Below are positions 9,814 through 18,649 of a stretch of 64,000 nt of DNA, in pieces. This DNA comes from an uncultured bacterium. GTDB lineage: Bacteria > Hydrothermota > UBA3072. The notes beneath the pieces were generated by a model. It did no database searches and had not been told where the DNA came from. It saw nothing but the letters and a program-made list of their open reading frames with translations. Numbering within the stretch: position 1 is the first letter of the stretch; the number at the start of each line of letters is the position of its first letter. Both the position numbers and the translations under genes were made by a program. Where the stretch lies: assembly GCA_964418485.1 (NCBI GenBank), contig CAYQMH010000003.1, positions 9,609-73,608 of the forward strand, written 5' to 3'.

Positions 9814-10662
9814 CTATTCATAATAGCCTAACCTTTTTACTTCGTTCTTTTCTTTTCGCCAGTTTTTCTTAACCGCTACCCAGGTTTTCATGTATACCGG
9901 TCTTCCCAGAAATTCTTCGATGCTCTTACGTGCTTCGCTTACAACTTTCTTTAGTTTCTGTCCGCCCTTTCCTATTATAATACCTTTTTGAGATTCCCTT
10001 TCAACGAAAATTTTCAAATCTATCTTGTTGTCTTCCATATTTTCTACTTTAACAGCTACAGAATATGGTATTTCCTGTGAATATTCCTCAAGAACCTTTT
10101 CTCTTACGAATTCTTCGATAAAAAAGCGCTCGGGTCGGTCAGATAAGTAGTCTTCAGGATATAGCGGTTCCCCTTCGGGTAAGTACTCCAAAAGAGAAGG
10201 TATTATTCTATCGATGTTATCACCTCTTAAGGCAGAAACGGTAAAAATCCGGGTGAAATATTGCGAGTCTGTATCTCTCATCATCTTATCTAGATCTTTC
10301 TCGGAAATTAAATCTATCTTATTTATAATCATAAAAGCAGGTTTATCCGACCTTGAAGGTAAATCTGTTATTCTGGAATTTTCCCTGTTGTCCATCATAA
10401 GCATTATAACATCGGAATCATTTATTGCTGTTTCAATCTGCTGTTGCATCGCTTTTTCCATTTCATTTCCCGGTTCGAATTGTCCGGGAGTATCTATAAA
10501 AATTATTTGATTGTTTTCTTCGGTCCAAATCCCCAAAATTCTGTTTCTTGTAGTTTGAGGTTTTGGGTTAACGATAGAAATTTTGCTACCTATAAGTCGG
10601 TTTAACAAAGTAGATTTACCTACATTGGGTTTTCCAATTATTGAAACATATCCTGCTTTCAT
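9814..10662 (-). CDS. era: GTPase Era
   Basis: GKPNVGKS, PQTTR, DTPG, NKID, C-terminal KH domain with QKGIIIGKGG. Confidence 0.97.
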   Translation of the reverse strand: MKAGYVSIIGKPNVGKSTLLNRLIGSKISIVNPKPQTTRNRILGIWTEENNQIIFIDTPGQFEPGNEMEKAMQQQIETAINDSDVIMLMMDNRENSRITDLPSRSDKPAFMIINKIDLISEKDLDKMMRDTDSQYFTRIFTVSALRGDNIDRIIPSLLEYLPEGEPLYPEDYLSDRPERFFIEEFVREKVLEEYSQEIPYSVAVKVENMEDNKIDLKIFVERESQKGIIIGKGGQKLKKVVSEARKSIEEFLGRPVYMKTWVAVKKNWRKEKNEVKRLGYYE

Positions 10663-10669
10663 ATACGCA

Positions 10670-10697
10670 AATATATCCCTATCACTTATAAAGTCAA
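10670..10697 (-). promoter_or_regulatory. Sigma70-type promoter of era, probably leaderless
   Basis: TTGACT-N16-TATATT followed by 7 nt and ATG; no Shine-Dalgarno. Confidence 0.7.
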
Positions 10698-10789
10698 GGG
10701 AAAGCGAATATCGGTCTAATATGCGTCTTGGAAGGAGATAAAGTACTAAATTGTAATTGTACCTGATCGCCTCAAAACATCTTGAATTT

Positions 10790-10927
10790 AAAAATCAAAT
10801 ATCAAAATGTAAAATTACAAATCAAAATTAATAAAAAAACAAAGAAAAAACAAATCGCACGAATAGCACAAATTGTTTCCTATTTAGCCATTCAACAATT
10901 CAACCATTTAACTGATTCGAAGAATCT
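10790..10927. repeat. Intergenic patch of short imperfect tandem repeats; the 3' ~90 bp is homologous to 15670-15791
   Basis: AAATCAAAT/ATCAAAAT/GTAAAAT/TACAAAT repeats, then CGCACGAATAGCACAAAT and CCATTCAACAATTCAACCATTTAACT-GATTCGAAGAATCT. Confidence 0.75.
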
Positions 10928-10928
10928 A

Positions 10929-12515
10929 CTATTGTGCTTTTATAACCGTTATATTCTTCGATGTCCAGGCTACAATTTCTCTTCCTCTGTACAAAAATGC
11001 AAATACTTTTACATTTCTTTGCTCTATTCCTTCGGGAAGTTTATTTGCCTGGAATTCACGGTCTAGAATTACTCTGCCGGCATCTACGGGAACAACCTTC
11101 CATGCTACTCTGTAATCGACGGGTTTCTTATTTAATGTTATAGGTATTTTGAATCCCTCTATCACTTGTTGCGAAGGGAAAACAAATTCAATAAATCCCT
11201 TAGGTTGTTTGCTCTCTGCGGGCGAGGGCCCATCCCCCCACGTATAATATGTACTTGTGTCTACTCTCGAGGACTGGTCTTCACCTATAACTACGAACGC
11301 TCTTGCAGGTCTAATATTTAAGTCTGATTGAGGTTCAGCCATTAGGATTCCTGCCCCGGGTCTTCCGGGAATAAAAACACCATTATTATTAACAGAACCG
11401 AGGTCTTCGGGTATTACTCTCCATTTCAAATCTATCCTCTGTTCACCTAGGACCCTGAACGGAAATTCCTTGCCGATATCACTTATGGTAAAGTGTTTGA
11501 AAGAAGGTGTTATTTCCAAAGGTTTTATTGCCTCTGAGGTTATATAGACACTTGCGGAAACGACTCCTTTACCAAATCTTTGCGGGAGGACAGCAATTAC
11601 TCTGCCTTTCGTTGGAATCTTGCCAGCGATAAAAGTACCGTTTTTTCTGATTTGCCCGCACCTCTCAGGTATAACCTTCCAATTAACTGGAATATTCGCA
11701 TTGCCGAAACCTTCTGCATATACTTTAAAATGTACTGTTTCTCCTGTTTTAAGGGTTACGGATTCCGGAATTATACGCAAGCCCACTTCTCCGCTTACTA
11801 CCACAATAGCCCGGTCTTCGTCGGCGTCTTTTTCGGCTACAATAACAGCTTTTCCCGGGATTTTAGCTGTAAATATGCCGCTTGCGTTTATCTCTCCTAT
11901 ATTTTCATCTTCAACTCTCCAGGAGACTTTCTCGTTCCTTTTTATCTGGAATTGTACTTTCTCTCCCGTTTTTACTCTTTTGAACCGAGGGGTAATTTGA
12001 ATATCATTTATTACGCCACTTACTCTGACTAGAGCTGTTTTTATTTCTCCGTCGTTAAGCAAAGCAATCACCCTGCCTCTACCACTATTTTTAGCTGTAA
12101 AAACTCCGTCTCGGATAGTTCCAATTCTGGCGGGTATACATTTCCATTCTTTAGCCGTTCCCCCGGTTACTGTAAATTTGATTTGTTCTCCTTCTTTTAG
12201 AATCGCAACCGGCGGAAGTATTTTTGCGCTTTCCCTGCCGCCTATCTTGATATAGGCAAAACCGGTTGCATGTTTGCTCTCTTTCATAATGCTACATCTA
12301 AGAACACCCCTTCCCTCTTCACTCGCTATAAAAGTGTTTCCCTGTACTCGCCCAAGAGAGCCAGGTATAACGTTAAACGACAAATCCCCTTCGAGTATTC
12401 TACCCTCTCTGTCTAATACCCTTACAGTAAAGGAAATTCTTTCGCCTACTTTACCCTCAAGAGGATTCGGTGATATATGCAGTTCCAACGATAATAATAA
12501 AAGGACTAACATCAT
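10929..12515 (-). CDS. Secreted protein with about six tandem Ig-like (Big_2-like) repeats
   Basis: Short signal peptide; repeated unit ITP....(V)K.GE...F....V.W.V.P..IG.I...G.F.A...G.G.V.A, five clear copies plus one divergent. Confidence 0.75.
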   Translation of the reverse strand: MMLVLLLLSLELHISPNPLEGKVGERISFTVRVLDREGRILEGDLSFNVIPGSLGRVQGNTFIASEEGRGVLRCSIMKESKHATGFAYIKIGGRESAKILPPVAILKEGEQIKFTVTGGTAKEWKCIPARIGTIRDGVFTAKNSGRGRVIALLNDGEIKTALVRVSGVINDIQITPRFKRVKTGEKVQFQIKRNEKVSWRVEDENIGEINASGIFTAKIPGKAVIVAEKDADEDRAIVVVSGEVGLRIIPESVTLKTGETVHFKVYAEGFGNANIPVNWKVIPERCGQIRKNGTFIAGKIPTKGRVIAVLPQRFGKGVVSASVYITSEAIKPLEITPSFKHFTISDIGKEFPFRVLGEQRIDLKWRVIPEDLGSVNNNGVFIPGRPGAGILMAEPQSDLNIRPARAFVVIGEDQSSRVDTSTYYTWGDGPSPAESKQPKGFIEFVFPSQQVIEGFKIPITLNKKPVDYRVAWKVVPVDAGRVILDREFQANKLPEGIEQRNVKVFAFLYRGREIVAWTSKNITVIKAQ

Positions 12516-13489
12516 CCCTCCTTATAAAAAGTGATATTTTTTTCTTCTTTTGTTTTTACGGAAAGGTAGTGTAAACCTTCTTCCAATGGTGGGATGGAAT
12601 CACTTCCTATAAATATGACATTCGAGTCTTTCTCTTTTATATAATTTGTTATTTGTTCTCCATCAAGACTGATTTCAATTGCTTCTTCAGGATCTTTCAA
12701 TATAAGGACGATTTCAAAGTTTTTCCCTACAACTGACCCTTCTTCAGGAAACACAAACCGGGTTTCTTCAAAATTTTCCTCAGATATAATTTGACCCGAA
12801 AAATCACTTTCGGTGGTCCCAAAAGATACTGCTTCTGTTTCCGAAGCGGGTTCTAAAGAACGAATTTCTTTGCTTTGACTGAAATCCATTTTGATACTTC
12901 TAGGAGGTGCAGTTGCTTTCAAAGGGGCCTTTTTTGTTTCCCCTACTACTGCAAGCTCTTTCTCTTTTTCCGGCAAAGGAGCTCGCGGGGCCTTTGCCGT
13001 TTTCGCGCCTGATTCCGAATGAGGTTTTTCGTCTCTTATTTCTTCTACTTCCATTTTAGCCAAAGAAGCTTCAGTGCTCTCTCCAATTTTCTCTTCTTTC
13101 AAATCTCCTTTCGTAAGGATTTCTTGAGGTTTTTTTGTCGTTAATATTCGATTGCCATCTTCTATGTTGAGTAAAACCGTAGTAATGACCATTAAAACTG
13201 CCGCAGCACTTACTGTCAGATATCTCCATCTGATTTTGGATGAACTAATTATTACCGGAACTTCTTTCTGGGTAGTGTTTTTTAATATATTGTCAATTAA
13301 ATAATCGGGACATTGAATTTCTTCCCTTCCGATGCGAAGTTTTTGCAAAAGTTCTTCTCTGCTTTTGAGTTTTTCTCTGCAAGTTTCGCAGAATTTTAGA
13401 TGATTTTCTAAGCCCTTTCGTTCCTCACCGCTTAGAGTGTTGTCCAGGTAACCTTGAATTAATTCCTCAAATCTTTTATGATTTTTCAT
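12512..13489 (-). CDS. Zinc-binding (zf-HC2) transmembrane anti-sigma factor with C-terminal Ig-like domain
   Basis: YLDNTLS...HLKFCETC (HxxxCxxC); one TM helix WRYLTVSAAAVLMVITTVLL; charged linker; beta-rich C-terminal domain; overlaps the ECF gene stop. Confidence 0.88.
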   Translation of the reverse strand: MKNHKRFEELIQGYLDNTLSGEERKGLENHLKFCETCREKLKSREELLQKLRIGREEIQCPDYLIDNILKNTTQKEVPVIISSSKIRWRYLTVSAAAVLMVITTVLLNIEDGNRILTTKKPQEILTKGDLKEEKIGESTEASLAKMEVEEIRDEKPHSESGAKTAKAPRAPLPEKEKELAVVGETKKAPLKATAPPRSIKMDFSQSKEIRSLEPASETEAVSFGTTESDFSGQIISEENFEETRFVFPEEGSVVGKNFEIVLILKDPEEAIEISLDGEQITNYIKEKDSNVIFIGSDSIPPLEEGLHYLSVKTKEEKNITFYKEG

Positions 13490-14016
13490 ATTTTTCCCTT
13501 CAACATTTCTTCAAGTTTTGTAATGGTTCTATTTAAACGTGAGCGTACCGTCCCGATTGGTATACCTAATATTTGCGCTATGGTCGAATAGTCGCAATCT
13601 TCGTAATATCTAAGCGCTAAAACTTCCTGATATTTTTTAGGTAATAAATAAACCATACTTTTGATGAGTTGCGCCTTGGACTTCTCGTTGAAGAATTTCT
13701 CGGGATTTCCTTCTGCCGCAGGAGGAGTAATCTCATCGATGGAAATTTTATTTTCCTGGCGGGCTTTTTCTCTACGGTATTTAAAAACAGTATTGAGAGC
13801 AATTCTGTAAAGCCAGGTGTAAACGGCCGAATCTCCCCTAAAGGATTTAAATCCTCTCCAGGCATTAATAAAAACATCCTGAGTTAATTCTTTTGTAATT
13901 TCGTAATTGTTTGTCATATTATAAATCATTTTAAAAATCCTTTGAGTGTGGGTTTTAACAACTTTCTCAAATATCTCTTTACTTTTTTCATCATTTTTAT
14001 TCCTCCGTCTCTTCAT
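13486..14016 (-). CDS. ECF RNA polymerase sigma factor (RpoE/SigW-like)
   Basis: ELTQDVFINAWRG, FRGDSAVYTWLYRIALN (region 2); LRYYEDCDYSTIAQILGIPIGTVRSRLNR (region 4). Confidence 0.95.
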   Translation of the reverse strand: MKRRRNKNDEKSKEIFEKVVKTHTQRIFKMIYNMTNNYEITKELTQDVFINAWRGFKSFRGDSAVYTWLYRIALNTVFKYRREKARQENKISIDEITPPAAEGNPEKFFNEKSKAQLIKSMVYLLPKKYQEVLALRYYEDCDYSTIAQILGIPIGTVRSRLNRTITKLEEMLKGKI

Positions 14017-14022
14017 TTATCT

Positions 14023-14052
14023 ATTTAGATACAAAATCCAAGAGTTAGTTCC
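14023..14052 (-). promoter_or_regulatory. Putative ECF autoregulatory promoter
   Basis: GGAACTAA-CTCTTGGATTTTG-TATCTAAAT immediately upstream of the sigma ATG; resembles the RpoE/AlgU-type GAACT-N16/17-TCTAA consensus. Confidence 0.75.
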
Positions 14053-15555
14053 CTAAAAATCGTACTCATATATAATTCTAAGCAGATGTTCGCTATAGCC
14101 GTTCTCTAAATATGGATAGTAGTTTATGTTTATATTTCCGAAGCTACCCAGTCCTAATGTTCCGTCTATATTGAGATCATAATTTTTATTTGTCCCGTTT
14201 ATATAAGTATAAAGACCAAAAGATAGAATATGATTTCCGTGATACCAGGAAACATTAGATAAAATTCTATAGGTATTTGTTTCTTCAATGTAGGTTGTTT
14301 TTTCAACTCCCAATGTATTTTCCATTTGCAGGAGACCAAAAACAGATTCAAAGCCCAGACCAATATAACTGTATTTTTCATCAAAATATTCCGGATATTT
14401 AGCCCACTGATATTCCAGAATAGGCGAGAAGTAATCGTATATCTTCCATTTAAACGATTGCGTAAGGGATAAGCCGAGGTTCTCTTCTTCTTTGTAAGCA
14501 AGGTAGTTAAAGTAAGTTGAAAGAGGTCCCTTTTCATATACTCCGTTTGCAAAGCCGGAAGTCCTTCCATTGTAAAGATAAGAGTTTCCCAGCGTTAGAT
14601 ACCCGTTACTCACAGTTCTTATACCGACTTCAATATCATTAAAGTTCGATTCAAATATTAATTTACCTTCAAAAGCGCTTCCTTTTATAATGGAATCCGT
14701 ATAAAGATTGGCATTACCGTTTGAAAAAGCTCCTTTTATTTTTAACGATAGGACTTTATTAAAGAGAAGTTCTGTCTCTCCTGATAAAACCGCAGATTCC
14801 TGCGGATCCTCGAACGTAAAATCCACTATATTCGAAGTATCGTCTCTCCCATAAAAAGCACTGAATCCCATAGACAACAGAGCTTTTTTAAATGTTATTT
14901 TACCTCCAAGGAGCCATCTGGGGTATTCCGCGAACAAACTGTCATAATCCTTTGAGTACAAGACAACAGGTGTTAGGGAAAAATTCCCTGCACCTATTTC
15001 GCCGCTTAACCCAAAGCCTCCGGGAGAATATATTGTCAATTCATGCAGATAGGGAGAGATATAACCTGCTTCCAGATAGGATTTTCCCTTTAAATAGCTT
15101 AAGTATGGATACCAGTATATCTGATACTCCGGATCATGATAAAGTGAAAATCTAAGGTATTCTTCATTCTTATAAACAGAAAAATCTAAACCCATGAGAG
15201 CTTCGTTTTCTCCTGTGTGGAAACTATCCGCGAAATAGGTGTTTTGATTTCCTATTGAAAAATTTGCTGAAAAGATATATGGAATTTCTTCTCTTTTTTC
15301 ACTTACATAGAAAACCCATTCTTCGGACTCATCTTCGGTTTCTACTTTTATTTTGTGCCCACCTTCGGATAGATTGTTTGTTTCCGAAAAGAAATACCCT
15401 GATTTTATTTCACCCGGAAGCCGCACACCGTCTAAATAAACATTTATTGATTTTTCCTCTACCGGTGGATCGAACAGGATAGTTATATCGAAATTAGAGA
15501 AAATCGAATCTCTCGGAGAAATAAGAAATATTGTTGAAATAATTAATTCTAACAT
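14053..15555 (-). CDS. Putative outer-membrane beta-barrel protein with N-terminal Ig-like domain
   Basis: Signal-like N-terminus; Ig-like segment (INVYLDG...LSEGGHKIKV); alternating aromatic beta-strands; C-terminal strand ending YEYDF. Upstream TTGACC-N17-TAAAAT at 15595-15567. Confidence 0.65.
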   Translation of the reverse strand: MLELIISTIFLISPRDSIFSNFDITILFDPPVEEKSINVYLDGVRLPGEIKSGYFFSETNNLSEGGHKIKVETEDESEEWVFYVSEKREEIPYIFSANFSIGNQNTYFADSFHTGENEALMGLDFSVYKNEEYLRFSLYHDPEYQIYWYPYLSYLKGKSYLEAGYISPYLHELTIYSPGGFGLSGEIGAGNFSLTPVVLYSKDYDSLFAEYPRWLLGGKITFKKALLSMGFSAFYGRDDTSNIVDFTFEDPQESAVLSGETELLFNKVLSLKIKGAFSNGNANLYTDSIIKGSAFEGKLIFESNFNDIEVGIRTVSNGYLTLGNSYLYNGRTSGFANGVYEKGPLSTYFNYLAYKEEENLGLSLTQSFKWKIYDYFSPILEYQWAKYPEYFDEKYSYIGLGFESVFGLLQMENTLGVEKTTYIEETNTYRILSNVSWYHGNHILSFGLYTYINGTNKNYDLNIDGTLGLGSFGNININYYPYLENGYSEHLLRIIYEYDF

Positions 15556-15611
15556 AATTTAAGTTTATTTTATTGTTTTTTGCACGGTTGGTCAACCCTT
15601 TTTTGTATTTA

Positions 15612-15791
15612 GCCACTAAGTTACAAAGACACAACAAATCATATTTATTTTGTTTATCCCCACAACCCAAAAACAAAGAGAAACAACAAATAACACGAAT
15701 TACACAAATCCACACCCTACCCTAATTTTATTTTGTTTTTCCTATTCAACTATTCAACAATTTAACCATTCAACTAAGATTTGAAGAATCT
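15612..15791. repeat. Intergenic repeat patch homologous to 10835-10927
   Basis: GCCACTAAGTTACAAAGACAC, AACACGAATTACACAAAT, CCTATTCAACTATTCAACAATTTAACCATTCAACTAAGATTTGAAGAATCT. Confidence 0.75.
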
Positions 15792-15805
15792 TTTGTATGC
15801 AGTTC

Positions 15806-15833
15806 TTGACATAATAATTTGAGTGTGTAAATT
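15806..15833 (+). promoter_or_regulatory. Sigma70-type promoter for the DUF4870 gene
   Basis: TTGACA-N16-TAAATT with TG extension. Confidence 0.6.
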
Positions 15834-15870
15834 GGAAAGACAATAAAAAAGCAAAAGGAGGTAAAGCAGA

Positions 15871-16224
15871 ATGGCTAAGAAAAAAAAGAATGAAGCTAAT
15901 ACGTGGGCTATGCTTTGTCATTTAACCGCTCTTACATTATATATCGGTGTGCCTTTGGGGCATATAATCGTTCCTCTTATTATCTGGCTGATTAAGAGAG
16001 AAGAGTTTGCTTTCGTAGACGAACAGGGAAAAGAATCATTGAATTTCCAGATTTCAATTACTATTTACGGAATTGCTGCCGGACTGCTGTGCCTTGCCGT
16101 GATTGGTTTTGTTTTAATTCCGGTTATTGTTGTCACTCATATTGTGTTAACCATAATGGCGACAGTTAAAGCTAATCAGGGAGAAGGGTATCACTATCCT
16201 TTTGCAATAAAATTTATTAAGTAA
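15871..16224 (+). CDS. DUF4870-family small membrane protein
   Basis: TWAMLCHL, PLIIWLIKRE, FVDEQGKESLNFQIS, YHYPFAIKFIK; AGGAGG RBS. Confidence 0.9.
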   Translation: MAKKKKNEANTWAMLCHLTALTLYIGVPLGHIIVPLIIWLIKREEFAFVDEQGKESLNFQISITIYGIAAGLLCLAVIGFVLIPVIVVTHIVLTIMATVKANQGEGYHYPFAIKFIK

Positions 16225-16315
16225 AAGAAGATCAAAAATTCAAATTATATAAAAGTTTGTCAAGGTAAGCTTTCAGGTTAAGTTTTCTTGATTTATCCAA
16301 AGGTGCATTTTTTTT

Positions 16316-16345
16316 GGAACTAAATAGCAGTTTTCTTATCTAAAT
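16316..16345 (+). promoter_or_regulatory. Putative ECF-dependent promoter of the serpin gene
   Basis: GGAACTAA-ATAGCAGTTTTCT-TATCTAAAT: both boxes and the N13 spacing are identical to the motif at 14052-14023. Confidence 0.75.
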
Positions 16346-16363
16346 CTAAAAACAGGAGGCAAT

Positions 16364-17596
16364 ATGAAGATTAAAAGAATATACTTTGTAATGTTTTTGC
16401 TTTTTCTTTCAACTTTTGGTTGTAACGTTACTGATCCCAGCGACCCGCTGCGAGAATTAAGTTCTTCCGAGACGAAACTTGTCGAAGCGGATAACTCTTT
16501 TGGGCTTAAACTCTTTAAAGAAATCAACGAAGAAGAAACAGAATCGAATGTTTTTATCTCACCTTTATCCATTTCAATGGCTCTTGGTATGACTTATAAC
16601 GGTGCTTGTGAGAGTACCGAAGAGGCAATGAGAACCACACTTGAATTTGGGAATTTATCCAGAGGTGAAATAAATGAATCCTATAAAAGCCTGATAGAGT
16701 TGCTGAGAGGTATTGACTCTGATGTTGAATTCAATATAGCGAATTCCATCTGGTATCGGGATGATTGGACTTTTGAAGAGGATTTTCTTGAACGGTGCAG
16801 AGATTATTTTGATGCGAGGGTAAGCGCGCTTGATTTCAGTCAAAGTGCGGCGGCAAAGGATACGATGAACAACTGGGTGGATGAAAACACAAATGGTAAA
16901 ATTGAGGAAATAGTAGATTATGTTGACCCGGATAATGATGTTATGTTTTTAATAAACGCCATATATTTTAATGGCACCTGGACCTTCCAGTTTGACAAAG
17001 AAGATACTAAAGATGACATATTCTATCTTCCCGGAGACAGAACCAAAAAATGCAAAATGATGGAGGTGAAAAGTGAGTTCAAATATTTTGAAGATTCGCT
17101 CTTGCAGGCAATCGATATTCCTTACGGAAATGGAAACTACTCGATGACGGCAATCCTGCCTAATTATGGGAAAGATATAGATGAGTTAATTGTAGGATTG
17201 ACACAGGAAAAGTGGAATGAGTGGATGGGTAGTTTCTCTGAAGACTCGGTTAATTTGTTTTTCCCTAAACTTAAGCTTGAATATAAAGTAGAAGAAACAT
17301 TAAAGAAAGTTTTAATTGATATGGGAATGGGTATTGCTTTTAGTGGTTCGGCTGACTTCACCGGAATGTATGAACCCGGAGGGATTTGGATTGGCAGAAT
17401 AATACATAAGACTTTTCTGGAGGTTGATGAGGAAGGAACAGAAGCTGCAGCAGCGACTGCGATTGTAATGGTATCGGGTCCAAGTCCAACCCCAAACCCT
17501 ATAATAATTCGCATAGACAGGCCTTTCTTGTTTGCTATCAGAGAAAACCATTCAGGTACCATACTTTTTATCGGAAAGATTGTTGATCCTGTCTAG
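16364..17596 (+). CDS. Serpin-family lipoprotein with an inhibitory-type hinge
   Basis: Lipobox TFGC; NVFISPLSISMALGM, LINAIYFNGTW, EVDEEGTEAAAAT hinge, DRPFLFAIRE, ILFIGKIVDP. Confidence 0.95.
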   Translation: MKIKRIYFVMFLLFLSTFGCNVTDPSDPLRELSSSETKLVEADNSFGLKLFKEINEEETESNVFISPLSISMALGMTYNGACESTEEAMRTTLEFGNLSRGEINESYKSLIELLRGIDSDVEFNIANSIWYRDDWTFEEDFLERCRDYFDARVSALDFSQSAAAKDTMNNWVDENTNGKIEEIVDYVDPDNDVMFLINAIYFNGTWTFQFDKEDTKDDIFYLPGDRTKKCKMMEVKSEFKYFEDSLLQAIDIPYGNGNYSMTAILPNYGKDIDELIVGLTQEKWNEWMGSFSEDSVNLFFPKLKLEYKVEETLKKVLIDMGMGIAFSGSADFTGMYEPGGIWIGRIIHKTFLEVDEEGTEAAAATAIVMVSGPSPTPNPIIIRIDRPFLFAIRENHSGTILFIGKIVDPV

Positions 17597-17609
17597 GAAT
17601 GAGGAGTCT

Positions 17610-17639
17610 GGTACTAAACGAGAGGGTTTTAATCTAAAA
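17610..17639 (+). promoter_or_regulatory. Third, slightly degenerate copy of the putative ECF promoter
   Basis: GGTACTAA-ACGAGAGGGTTTT-AATCTAAAA with the same N13 spacing, just before the RBS of the next gene. Confidence 0.6.
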
Positions 17640-17657
17640 AATATAAGGGAGTCTGAA

Positions 17658-18560
17658 GTGAGAGAAAGAAGAAAATTATTATGTTTGTTAGTTGTTTTAT
17701 TGCTCGTTATTGGGTGTAAAAATAACCCGATAGGCAACGATATTTCTCCGGATGAAGCGGCTGATGAAGCGGCAATTGAGGATTACATATCAAACGATCG
17801 TGATTTTGCGGGATATTTTGCGTTTGACGAATATTACGGAGAAGAAGATACTGTGTCCGCCGAAATTCGATTAAGGACCATTACCGGTCCGCATACATGG
17901 TATAGAGAGCCGCAGGATATAAATAGAGATATATCTATAAATATAGTCGATGACTCAGCCTTTGTTAGCTTTTGGAGTAGAGTTGATGGCGTATTTCATG
18001 TACTGGAAAGAGATATATCGGCTTCTCCGGATACCGTAATTGACCATCAAAAGGTTCTTGAAGATCACTCTTCTGACTATGCCATATTTAAACGTTACCC
18101 CGGAGTATCTGCTTACCGGGGATGGAGGCTTGAAAGCCTAACCGGGGTAGATGTAGATGGAAGAGAGATCGCGCATGGTGATTGCGTAATTGTTTTTATT
18201 GATTCCCTCAGAATTAATTGTGAATCCTACGAGGACACGTTATTTACTACTCCCTTCGTATTTTTCCATAGAGAAGAGCTTCTTACTTTTGAAGGTCAGG
18301 AAACGGTCACTTTTACCCTTTATTCACGTTGTGGCGACTATTATGGTATGTATTCCTACCTGCATGCCAATAGTCTGGGAAGTTGGAGAAGATGGGAGTT
18401 TGAAGAAACAGAGGCGGGAGTATGGGAAGGTGATTGGGTAACTCCGATTGTTCCCGGGATTAGGGCTATTGCGTTCGATATTCTGGAGAAGAACACTATC
18501 GACGAAGAAAAGCGCACATATCTGTCCAACATCTGGTTGTTCCCTTATAAAATTGAATAA
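17658..18560 (+). CDS. Hypothetical acidic lipoprotein
   Basis: Probable GTG start 17658 after AAGGGAG; signal peptide RERRKLLCLLVVLLLVIGC with lipobox. Confidence 0.75.
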   Translation: MRERRKLLCLLVVLLLVIGCKNNPIGNDISPDEAADEAAIEDYISNDRDFAGYFAFDEYYGEEDTVSAEIRLRTITGPHTWYREPQDINRDISINIVDDSAFVSFWSRVDGVFHVLERDISASPDTVIDHQKVLEDHSSDYAIFKRYPGVSAYRGWRLESLTGVDVDGREIAHGDCVIVFIDSLRINCESYEDTLFTTPFVFFHREELLTFEGQETVTFTLYSRCGDYYGMYSYLHANSLGSWRRWEFEETEAGVWEGDWVTPIVPGIRAIAFDILEKNTIDEEKRTYLSNIWLFPYKIE

Positions 18561-18585
18561 ATTCTTGTTCGATCCGTTTCTTCGA

Positions 18586-18611
18586 AAAGGGGCAGTTTCA
18601 ACTGCCCCTTT
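18586..18611 (+). terminator. Intrinsic terminator-like hairpin after the serpin-lipoprotein pair
   Basis: AAAGGGGCAGT-TTCA-ACTGCCCCTTT, a perfect 11-bp stem. Confidence 0.75.
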
Positions 18612-18649
18612 GTTATCTAATACCTTTTTACAAAAATTTCTTCCGACCC

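Noticed and set aside
10782-11066. 94-aa ORF with KYQNVKLQIK-like start
   Set aside because: It is a translation of the intergenic heptamer repeats running antisense into the Ig gene.
15494-15715. 73-aa minus-strand ORF with an apparent lipobox (FLGC)
   Set aside because: It derives from the repeat patch, overlaps the barrel gene promoter and start, and has no RBS.
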